A stretch of 64,000 nucleotides of DNA from positions 74,909 to 138,908 of the forward strand of contig JAFGCJ010000001.1 in the NCBI GenBank assembly GCA_016932785.1. Direction: 5' to 3'. Below the pieces are notes generated by a model, which was given only the letters and a program-made list of their open reading frames with translations, did not search any database and was not told where the DNA came from. The DNA is from Candidatus Dojkabacteria bacterium (GTDB lineage Bacteria; Patescibacteriota; Dojkabacteria; SC72; JAFGCJ01). Below are positions 17,304 through 24,970 of this stretch, in pieces. Position numbers and translations under genes: made by a program. Every line of letters starts with the position of its first letter. The first letter of the stretch is position 1.

Positions 17304-18311
17304 ATGACTGCAGAACAGGACGCATCAAAACAGAATATATCAAGTCAACAGCCAGCGGTGGGTACAGGGGGGTCGTCTGTGGGATCTGTGGCATCCGCTG
17401 GAGTTGCTGTCCCTCCTCAGTCACCAGAAAAAACTAAAGGAGCAATAGAAAAGCTCGTAGGAAAGGATAAATCTCCTAAGCTCAAGAAAAAACGTGAAAT
17501 AATTAAGTCTGAGGAACCTGAGGAAAATCTTTCCAAGAAATTGGGTCAGTATTTGGTCCCAATTATGGGGGTAATCGTCTTCATGCTTTTGCTTATGTTT
17601 GTTTACATTCCGTATGGTTCCGAGGCGCTGAAGACTCGTCAGGAATCTTTATCTATTCTCGATGAGGCAGCACGAAATAATGATAAGGCGGCTGTTCTTC
17701 AGGGCATAAATCTTGAGGAACTTGATGAAAACCTTTCGATTGTCTCAAGGGTTGTTTTGGATGAGATGGACGTCTCAGAGCTTGCATCAGAAGTAGAACG
17801 AATAGCTATTTCAAATAATCTAAAATCCAAGGAACTATCTCTTTCAGATATTATGGGTGGAAGGGGTATGGAGTTTGTCTCAGATGAAACAAGTGTCCCC
17901 TCTTTTGCCGAGTCTATCAGTGGACCTTTTTCTTTCTATGGGGAGTTTGATGACGTAGTAAGATTCCTTGAGGAGCTTCGGGAAGAAAGTCCGACGACAC
18001 TTTTCTATGACGCTGTTAATTTAACAATTTATAGTGTTGATGAAGAAACCTCCAAGGTTCTTTGGAGTGTTGATATAAATATTTATGGGTACACGACACA
18101 ACCTGTGACCAAGGCTAATATCTCCGATCCCATAAAAACTGGGTTTGACAGTGATCTTTTTGATGAGATTAAGGAACGTGCAAATATAGGAAAATCTGTT
18201 GACGATGAATCTTCTGAGGAAGAAGAACAAACACCTGAGGAGGAGACGAATGATGAATCATCTCAGGATGAGGTGGAAGAGTTTATCCGTGATCTGGAAG
18301 AGTCTCAGTAG
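17304..18311 (+). CDS. PilO-like bitopic protein with acidic C-terminal tail
   Basis: 335 aa. Single TM (LVPIMGVIVFMLLLMFVYIPY) followed by a coiled-coil-like segment. Assigned from position after pilM and pilN plus topology only. The tail is very acidic (SSEEEEQTPEEETNDESSQDEVEE). Confidence 0.45.
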   Translation: MTAEQDASKQNISSQQPAVGTGGSSVGSVASAGVAVPPQSPEKTKGAIEKLVGKDKSPKLKKKREIIKSEEPEENLSKKLGQYLVPIMGVIVFMLLLMFVYIPYGSEALKTRQESLSILDEAARNNDKAAVLQGINLEELDENLSIVSRVVLDEMDVSELASEVERIAISNNLKSKELSLSDIMGGRGMEFVSDETSVPSFAESISGPFSFYGEFDDVVRFLEELREESPTTLFYDAVNLTIYSVDEETSKVLWSVDINIYGYTTQPVTKANISDPIKTGFDSDLFDEIKERANIGKSVDDESSEEEEQTPEEETNDESSQDEVEEFIRDLEESQ

Positions 18312-18319
18312 TCTAGTAC

Positions 18320-18559
18320 TTAGTCTACGATTTCCAGTCTTACCTTCTTGTTTTCTCTTACGGCTTTGATGCTTAACACATCTCTGAGAGCAGCTATAGT
18401 ATGCCCTTTCTTGCCTATAATGATACCCCTGTCTTCGTTGTTTGCGTTGATTAGAAATTTCACAAATGTCGGGTCATTCTCGTCTACCTGCTCTTCGACT
18501 TCTATTTCGTCGGGATAATTTACAATCTGCTTCAAAATCATAACTAAAAGATCTTTCAT
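18320..18559 (-). CDS. KH domain RNA-binding protein (YlqC/UPF0109-like)
   Basis: 79 aa. IIGKKGHTIAALRDVL matches the KH GxxG loop. Conserved position just downstream of rpsP. Confidence 0.8.
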   Translation of the reverse strand: MKDLLVMILKQIVNYPDEIEVEEQVDENDPTFVKFLINANNEDRGIIIGKKGHTIAALRDVLSIKAVRENKKVRLEIVD

Positions 18560-18581
18560 TTGTTTGATATATTTATTTTAG

Positions 18582-19127
18582 TTAATTATTTTTCTTTTGG
18601 TTCTGTTTTTTCTCGGTCTTCTCTGGTTCTTTCTTGTCTGTTTTTTCCTCGGATTTCTCTGTTTTGTCTTTAGGTTTGCTGCCTTTTTCAGGAACCTGAT
18701 CCTTTTCTGTATCTTTTTGTTCTTTTGTATCATCAGTTTTGGGTTCTTGGGCCTCTGGTGTTTCCTGTTTTTCCTCTGCTTTCTTTTCAGGTTTCTGGTC
18801 TTCCTGCTTTTTCTCCGTAGCCTCTTCTTTTGCCTTCTTTGACGCCTCAATCATTACTTCGATTCTTTTAGTGCGTTTCTTTGTCTGTTTTATTATACCT
18901 TCTTTTACAAAAATATCATGAATTGTATCTGTCATTTGAGCTCCGTAGTTGATCCATTTTTGAAGAGTCTCTTTATCATACTTGAGTGTAGGAGGTTTTG
19001 TTCTAGGGTTATAATACCCTATTTGCTCTATGTATCTACCATCACGAGGCTTATGTGAATCGATTGCCACAATCCTGTAGTGAGGTTCATGTTTTTTTCC
19101 TGTTCGTGTCAGTCTTATCTTTACCAT
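18582..19127 (-). CDS. rpsP: 30S ribosomal protein S16 with long Lys/Glu-rich C-terminal extension
   Basis: N-terminus MVKIRLTRTGKKHEPHYRIVAIDSHKPRDGRYIEQIGYYNP is canonical S16. Residues from about 85 to 181 are a low-complexity K/E/T/P tail. Confidence 0.9.
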   Translation of the reverse strand: MVKIRLTRTGKKHEPHYRIVAIDSHKPRDGRYIEQIGYYNPRTKPPTLKYDKETLQKWINYGAQMTDTIHDIFVKEGIIKQTKKRTKRIEVMIEASKKAKEEATEKKQEDQKPEKKAEEKQETPEAQEPKTDDTKEQKDTEKDQVPEKGSKPKDKTEKSEEKTDKKEPEKTEKKQNQKKNN

Positions 19128-19160
19128 GTTTAGTGGATTCTAACAAAAAGATTAATTCTG

Positions 19161-19883
19161 TCAAGCACTTAAAGCACTTTTTTTCTTTTTTAATTCCTTT
19201 TGGATTTTTTCCAATGCAGCTTCGGCAGCACTCTCCTCTGCTTTCTGCTTGCTTGCTCCGATGCCTGTGCCATATTTTCTTGAGCCGAGATAGACTGCCA
19301 TTGTAAATTCTTTTTCGTGGTCTGGCCCTACTTCGGAAATGAGCTCGTAAGAAGGAGTAACCTTGTGTAATTCTTGTGCAAGCTCCTGGAATTTGGTTTT
19401 CGGATCAATATCAAGCCTGTTTTCTACTATATCAGATATTTTGTGAAATAGGACTCTTTTGAGGTAGCTCTCGGCTGCCTTTATTCCTTGGTCGAGGTAT
19501 ATTGCACCTAGAACGGCCTCGAAAGTATTAGCAAGAAGATAGTCTTTGTCGCGTCCTCCAGTGTTTTCTTCTCCTTTGCTCATTCTTAGGTATTTTCCAA
19601 AGTCCAATTCTCTGGATGTATCAGCGAGGGTTGTTGTTTTTACTGTGGCAGATCTGAAGCTTGTAAGTTCGCCTTCGGGTTTTTTGGGGTAGTTCTTGAA
19701 AAGGTACTTTGAAACAAGGAATTCAAGTACTGCGTCACCGAGATATTCCAATCTCTCATTATGTTTGTCTATTTGTTGGTTCTCATTTAGATATGACCGG
19801 TGAGTAAGTGCTGTTTCTAGAAATTTTTTGTTCTTGAATTCGACACCTATCTTTTTTTCTGCTTTTTCAAACAGTTTTATCAT
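19161..19883 (-). CDS. rnc: Ribonuclease III
   Basis: ALTHRSY and ERLEYLGDAVLE catalytic signature with a C-terminal dsRBD (GIGASKQKAEESAAEAAL). The track start 19952 would overlap nusB by 86 nt. ATG 19883 (MIKLFEKAEKKIGVEFKNKKFLETALTHRSY) matches the usual N-terminus. Confidence 0.9.
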   Translation of the reverse strand: MIKLFEKAEKKIGVEFKNKKFLETALTHRSYLNENQQIDKHNERLEYLGDAVLEFLVSKYLFKNYPKKPEGELTSFRSATVKTTTLADTSRELDFGKYLRMSKGEENTGGRDKDYLLANTFEAVLGAIYLDQGIKAAESYLKRVLFHKISDIVENRLDIDPKTKFQELAQELHKVTPSYELISEVGPDHEKEFTMAVYLGSRKYGTGIGASKQKAEESAAEAALEKIQKELKKKKSALSA

Positions 19884-20310
19884 CTTTCTTTTTATCTTCA
19901 AATATTGCTCCAAGTACTCCGTTAACGAATTTTCCACTGGTTTCTCCTCCAAACTCCTTTGCTATTTCGATAGCCTCATCTATTGCTACTTTTGGAGGGG
20001 TCTGTTCCCCTATGAAACCCTCCCATATGGCTATTCTTATTATTTCGAGATCCGCTTTTTGGATCTGATCTACAGGCCACTGGGGGGCGTATTTCGCTAT
20101 TATTTCGTTTATGTTTTCAATGTTATTTTCGACTCCCTCAACAATTTTCTTTGCAAGTTCTTCGTCATAGTTGCTTATCTCGTCTGTACTGGCAATGTCT
20201 GCCTCCTCTGTAGGAAGAATAGATTCATTTTGGACATTGAAGTGGTTTGAAAAAAGTTTCTGAAGGGAGATTATTCGTGCTAGATGTCTAGGATCATTCT
20301 TCTTTTTCAT
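19867..20310 (-). CDS. nusB: Transcription antitermination factor NusB
   Basis: DPRHLARIISLQKLFS and the C-terminal VNGVLGAI motif. ATG 20310 (MKKKNDPRH) is preferred over the track start 20382, which would overlap rpmF. Confidence 0.85.
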   Translation of the reverse strand: MKKKNDPRHLARIISLQKLFSNHFNVQNESILPTEEADIASTDEISNYDEELAKKIVEGVENNIENINEIIAKYAPQWPVDQIQKADLEIIRIAIWEGFIGEQTPPKVAIDEAIEIAKEFGGETSGKFVNGVLGAIFEDKKKDDKTV

Positions 20311-20317
20311 TTTTGGG

Positions 20318-20521
20318 CTATTTCTTTTTTGTGGCAGATTTATCTGATTTCTTTGTGCTTTCCAGTTTACCATAATGTCCACAGTTTGGACACTTAAAAT
20401 GTGGCCTTTTGGGCTGTTTGCACTTAGGGCAGATTGATGTTGCAGGTTTCTTAAGCAAATCCTGTGATCTACGCCTATTTTTTCTTCCTTTTGAAATTTT
20501 TCTTTTTGGTACTGCTCCCAT
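20318..20521 (-). CDS. rpmF: 50S ribosomal protein L32
   Basis: MGAVPKRKISKGRKNRRRS plus a CPKC...CPNC zinc ribbon. 67 aa. Confidence 0.9.
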   Translation of the reverse strand: MGAVPKRKISKGRKNRRRSQDLLKKPATSICPKCKQPKRPHFKCPNCGHYGKLESTKKSDKSATKKK

Positions 20522-20531
20522 AGCTTTGTGG

Positions 20532-20559
20532 ATTATATCATGAAACGCTGGTTAGTCAA
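20532..20559 (-). promoter_or_regulatory. Candidate promoter of the rpmF-nusB-rnc-rpsP operon
   Basis: Read on the minus strand: TTGACT (20559-20554), 16-nt spacer ending in TGA, TATAAT (20537-20532). Only 10 nt lie between the -10 element and the rpmF ATG. Confidence 0.4.
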
Positions 20560-20622
20560 CGCAAATGTAAGTTTTGCAATTAATTTATAAAAGACTTATT
20601 TTTCCTAAAATCCTCTAAGATT

Positions 20623-23325
20623 CTACACTTTCGTATCTGAAAGCATTTCTGTTGTCACCTTGAAGGTGTCGCCCGGTTTTATCTCATTCTGGAGAAGTTT
20701 TGTGGCCACTACACCTTCAATCTTTTCCTGAATATAGCGTCTTAATGGTCTTGCCCCAAGGCCCGGTTCTTGAGCGTTTTGAGCTATGAATCTAGGTAAA
20801 TTATCATCCCACTCAAGAGTAATCTCTTTTTCAAGCAATCTAGCCTTAAGCTCTTTAAGCAGCAATTCTGAGATTTCTGTAAGGTTTTCTATTGGGTGAG
20901 GCGCAAAAACGATTATTCTATCGAATCTGTTGAGAAACTCTACTCGGACTTTTTGTCTTAATTCTAGTAGTACTCTTTCTTTCGCCTCTTCAAACATGGC
21001 CATGTCTTGTTCCAGAGCATCCAATAATTTTTTACTGCCGATATTACTTGTGCATATTATTATTGTGTTATTGAAGTTTACTGTCTCTCCGGAGGTGCTT
21101 GTGAGCCTACCTTCATCTAGCAATTGAAGTAGCAAGTCCAGTACTTGCGGATGTGCTTTTTCTATCTCGTCAAACAGAATAACTGAGAAAGGTTGGAGTT
21201 TTACTTGGTCTAGAAGTGTCGTAGAGCTTTGTGCTGTTTCAGACATTTCTGAGGAACCAAGCAGCCTTTGTATTCCTGAAACTTCTTTAAGTTCTGACAT
21301 GTCCACCCGGATGATTTCTTTTTGCTCTCCGAAATATTCCTTGCTTAGTGTTTTAGCTAGGTATGTCTTTCCTACTCCAGTCGGACCGAGGAAAAGGAAT
21401 GTCCCAATTGGTTTGTTTGGGTCTCTCACACCAGTTCTGGAGCGTTTTAGTGCCTCTACAACTTGATGAACCGCTTCATCTTGCCCTATGACTATTTCCT
21501 TCATCTTTTTCTCAAGATCGAGGAGTTTCGTTGCCTCATCTGTTGTCACCTCCTCTACTGGTATCTCTGTTTGAGTGGATATTGTTCTAGCAATATCTGT
21601 TGCAGTAAGTTTCTTTTTACCGCTGTTTTGCATAGCCGCGCATGCCGATTCCATTAGATTAACAGCACTATCTGGAAGTTTTCGATCATAAACATAGCGC
21701 TGGGCAAGCTCTATCGAGGCTAGAATTGCTGGAAACGTTATCTCTAGGTCATAAGTCTGTTGTAATTCTTCCAGCCTTGTGAGGAGGATCTCGAAGGCTG
21801 CTTCTGGAGTAACTTCTTTTATTTCTACACTTTGAAAGCTCTGTCTTAATGATTCTCTGGAGTAAAAGAATTTTTTGTAGTCAGCATAGGTGATGGTTCC
21901 TATTATGGGAAATTTACTTTCAAGGACGTAAGGTAGGAGGATTCCTGCGAGAGAGTGTTGGCTTTCCTGGCCTTTCGCAGGAACGATTTCTTGAATTTCA
22001 TCTATGAAAAGTATTGTGTTCCCAGCTCTTTGTAGTTCATCCATGCTTTGTTGAACAAGGGCCTCGACGTTTCCAAATTGGGGTGCTGCTGCGATAAGAC
22101 CGTTAACATCAAGCTGGATTAGTCTCATATCTTTGAGATTTCCGGGTATTGTTCCTTTATTTATTCTTTCAGCTATTCCTTTGGCTACGCTGGTTTTTCC
22201 AGTTCCGCTTTCCCCTATTAGAAGGACGTTATTTTTGGATACCTTACCCAAAATTGATAGTACCTCCTCTACTTCTCTGTCATGGCCGATTCCGTAATGG
22301 CCTCCTGACTTGGCCTGACGTTGAGTTAGATCCTTGCTGAAGTGGCTTAGAACGTATGTATATCCATAAATCCAGGCGTTGGCAATCCCTCCTGTTCTGT
22401 AGTATGGGACATTGGGATCGAATGTCCTGCCGAACTTTAGTGCCCTTTCTTTTATTGAGATCCATTTTGATACATATCTCATTAGTTCGGTGTTTTGCGT
22501 TTGCTTTTTTAGAAACAGATCTAGGGCCGGGAAGACTCTGAACAATGAAATAAAGACGTGCTCCGGTCTGATCTGATCACTATCAGTGAGCAATGCCTCT
22601 TCTGTGGCATAAATTAGTAGGCTTCTGACTGCAGACATTGGATACTTGGGAAGAGATTTTTGGTTTATTCCGTTTTTTTCAAGGGAATCAGCAAAGTTTT
22701 GAATATCGAGTTTCTCAATAATTATTTTGCAGTTTTGCTCGGGTATAAGAGCCTTAAGGAGCTTCAATGTGTCAATTTCATTCTTGTTTATGACACTAAG
22801 CAATATATCCAGGGTGTCTTTTGTAAGAATCTTCAGGGGGGATGCAAGTTTAAGCTTTGATAATCCCAGGTCCCCTTTTTGGATGGTTTTTATCTCATGA
22901 TCGGAGAAGTTTGATCCTTCCTTTATTCTGTCTTTTACTTGTACAGTTCTATAGCTTTCATGCCAGAGAACCATTGCTCCCATGACGGCAAGCCAGAAGG
23001 TTAGATTTGTTAGCCAGGAGGGCAATGTTAATGGAATCGGATCTGAATGTGAGATTGCCGTAATGAAATCTACACAGTAGATTACCGCCGAGATTGTCCC
23101 GGGAACTATGAGTATCGTTGCGACAGTGTTTTTAAATCGTTTAATTGTTTTTTGGATGGGAACTCTTTTAATTACATTCTGAATTTCTTTTATGGGGACG
23201 GTAAAGAACTGCTTTGTGCTCATAAGAAAAGGTTCGTACCTCTCGTCGACAAGTAGGGGCATTTTTTCCTGTATTAGCGAGTATGTTCCTTTGCTTTTGT
23301 CATGGTAACCTAGTATTGATTTCAT
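20623..23325 (-). CDS. Membrane-anchored ClpA/ClpB-family double AAA+ ATPase
   Basis: Two AAA+ modules. D1 has Walker A GESGTGKTS and Walker B ILFIDEIQ. D2 has Walker A GPTGVGKTY and Walker B VILFDEIEKAH, plus a C-terminal GARPLRR sensor. The N-terminal ~125 aa carry two hydrophobic helices (VATILIVPGTISAVIYCVDFI, LTFWLAVMGAMVLW). Confidence 0.85.
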   Translation of the reverse strand: MKSILGYHDKSKGTYSLIQEKMPLLVDERYEPFLMSTKQFFTVPIKEIQNVIKRVPIQKTIKRFKNTVATILIVPGTISAVIYCVDFITAISHSDPIPLTLPSWLTNLTFWLAVMGAMVLWHESYRTVQVKDRIKEGSNFSDHEIKTIQKGDLGLSKLKLASPLKILTKDTLDILLSVINKNEIDTLKLLKALIPEQNCKIIIEKLDIQNFADSLEKNGINQKSLPKYPMSAVRSLLIYATEEALLTDSDQIRPEHVFISLFRVFPALDLFLKKQTQNTELMRYVSKWISIKERALKFGRTFDPNVPYYRTGGIANAWIYGYTYVLSHFSKDLTQRQAKSGGHYGIGHDREVEEVLSILGKVSKNNVLLIGESGTGKTSVAKGIAERINKGTIPGNLKDMRLIQLDVNGLIAAAPQFGNVEALVQQSMDELQRAGNTILFIDEIQEIVPAKGQESQHSLAGILLPYVLESKFPIIGTITYADYKKFFYSRESLRQSFQSVEIKEVTPEAAFEILLTRLEELQQTYDLEITFPAILASIELAQRYVYDRKLPDSAVNLMESACAAMQNSGKKKLTATDIARTISTQTEIPVEEVTTDEATKLLDLEKKMKEIVIGQDEAVHQVVEALKRSRTGVRDPNKPIGTFLFLGPTGVGKTYLAKTLSKEYFGEQKEIIRVDMSELKEVSGIQRLLGSSEMSETAQSSTTLLDQVKLQPFSVILFDEIEKAHPQVLDLLLQLLDEGRLTSTSGETVNFNNTIIICTSNIGSKKLLDALEQDMAMFEEAKERVLLELRQKVRVEFLNRFDRIIVFAPHPIENLTEISELLLKELKARLLEKEITLEWDDNLPRFIAQNAQEPGLGARPLRRYIQEKIEGVVATKLLQNEIKPGDTFKVTTEMLSDTKV

Positions 23326-23367
23326 GGTAATTACTCTTTGTTAATGTTGCAGTCTTATTTTTTTAGG

Positions 23368-23772
23368 TTATGTAAATGGCGTTTTCAAGATAAAGAATAT
23401 CGTTACTGGCGGTAAAAGGGCCCAGGCAGTTGCTACTAGAATTAAGAGAGTCAAGATTGTTAGTGTTATTACTATTGCAATTGGGAGATAGATGATTCTG
23501 GCCATAATACCTATAAAATATCCCACCCACGTCCGATCTCTGTGCCATGGAACGAAGAATGTCTTTAAGAGAAGGGAAATTGAAAGTGTGTCATCACATA
23601 TAGTTGCGATTCTTTGGATCAGCCCAATGTACCAGATTGGCATCTCAATATACCACCAACCGAAGAAGGCAATTATCTCATCTATAACAGTCTGCGTTGT
23701 AATAACAACAGGCTCTGCTAAAGAGGTTTTCTGTTCTATGGCAGTTTGCTCGGGCATACTAGATTGTAGCAC
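23368..23772 (-). CDS. Hypothetical integral membrane protein
   Basis: Track ORF with GTG start at 23772. The alternative ATG at 23757 lies 5 nt after a TGcTACAAT element. Several hydrophobic helices. Lies 42 nt upstream of the Clp-like gene. Confidence 0.55.
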   Translation of the reverse strand: MLQSSMPEQTAIEQKTSLAEPVVITTQTVIDEIIAFFGWWYIEMPIWYIGLIQRIATICDDTLSISLLLKTFFVPWHRDRTWVGYFIGIMARIIYLPIAIVITLTILTLLILVATAWALLPPVTIFFILKTPFT

Positions 23773-23845
23773 AAGATTTGATGTCTGACACCGCTAATTT
23801 CTTGTTTTATATGGAAATTTGATACAGCGAAAGTTCAGAGCTTCC

Positions 23846-24415
23846 CTATTTGGTCTTTTTTACCCAAATGGTTACTGTACTTGCGCCGAAATTTCTACTG
23901 TCTGCCTCAATAAGGGTTTTAATTTCGGGAAAAGAAAAAGATTTTGGGTGTTTGAATATGAGCCCGCCCTTCTCGGTAAGTATCTGTGATGTTATTGTCA
24001 TTATCCTTTTTACTTTCGATGGTGAATCAAAGAAGCCAAATGGAGGGTCAACAAATATAATGTCATAGGACTCATATGGGGTCTCATCAAGGAAATAAAA
24101 TATACCTTGCCTTATTGTTACTGAGATATCTGCGAATCCGGTTTTCTCAAGATTTGCCTTTATATCAGAAATAGTAAATTTATTTTTATCTACGAATGTG
24201 CAGCTCTTTGCACCCCGTGATAGCGCCTCTATTCCCAATGCTCCTGATCCGGCGAAGAGGTCAAGGATTCTTTTATTCTTTATGTCAGATCCAAGTATAG
24301 AGAAAAGTGAGGCTTTGGCCCTGTTTGTTATTGGTCTTGATTTATGAGGTACTTTTAGTTTTCTTCCCTTTGCTGATCCGGCTATGACTTGTACTTTTTT
24401 ATTTTTTTCCCGCAT
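23846..24415 (-). CDS. rsmD: 16S rRNA (guanine966-N2)-methyltransferase RsmD family
   Basis: 189 aa. SAM motif LDLFAGSGALGIEALSRGA and catalytic VDPPF. Confidence 0.85.
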   Translation of the reverse strand: MREKNKKVQVIAGSAKGRKLKVPHKSRPITNRAKASLFSILGSDIKNKRILDLFAGSGALGIEALSRGAKSCTFVDKNKFTISDIKANLEKTGFADISVTIRQGIFYFLDETPYESYDIIFVDPPFGFFDSPSKVKRIMTITSQILTEKGGLIFKHPKSFSFPEIKTLIEADSRNFGASTVTIWVKKTK

Positions 24416-24490
24416 AAGTCTATTTTGCCAAAATTTTGATAATTTTGGTATTATTAATTAAGAAGAGTTTTAATTTTTCTGGATTTTCAT

Positions 24491-24940
24491 ATGGGTAGAA
24501 AATCTGGCAGGTCTTTTTCTGACCAAGACTGTATTTTTTGCAAGATTGTTAAAGGAGATGTTCCCAGCTATATGGTTTATGAAGATGAATTGTTCTTGGG
24601 TTTTCTTGATATTTCACAGTTTGTGGAGGGGCATACAATTGTTATCCCTAAGAAGCATTTCGAGGTTATATGGGATGTTCCATATGTGGATGAATACTTC
24701 AAGGTCGTCCAGAAGATTGGAAATCACTATCGGGATTTGGGATTCAACTATGTCGACACATTGACGTTTGGCAGGCTTGTCCTGCATGCACATGTTCATA
24801 TTGTTCCTCATAATGATGATAACCTGGACTGGAAAAAAGCTCTTAACGTAATCGGTGAATTCCAGCGGGATAAATCCAGATGGCCTGATCCTGAAAATGG
24901 CAAGCGTATAGCAGAAAGGTTTAGTCTTCTTCGTAGGTAA
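24491..24940 (+). CDS. HIT family hydrolase
   Basis: CIFCKIVKGDVPSYMVYEDE N-terminus and histidine triad HAHVHIVPH. Confidence 0.85.
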   Translation: MGRKSGRSFSDQDCIFCKIVKGDVPSYMVYEDELFLGFLDISQFVEGHTIVIPKKHFEVIWDVPYVDEYFKVVQKIGNHYRDLGFNYVDTLTFGRLVLHAHVHIVPHNDDNLDWKKALNVIGEFQRDKSRWPDPENGKRIAERFSLLRR

Positions 24941-24970
24941 TTTTGCCCAAGATTGAATCTAAATTGTTAG

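Noticed and set aside
18578-18921. Several ORFs (18578-18850 minus, 18597-18842 plus, 18739-18921 plus) encoding K/R-rich or F/L/C-rich peptides
   Set aside because: They are alternative-frame or antisense shadows of the low-complexity Lys/Glu tail of rpsP (a polypurine/polypyrimidine tract). The S16 frame is contiguous with a canonical S16 core.
19884-19952. Longer RNase III N-terminus (track start 19952) overlapping nusB by 86 nt
   Set aside because: The internal ATG 19883 gives the canonical RNase III N-terminus and a short 17-nt overlap. The extra 23 residues have no counterpart in the RNase III sequences I know.
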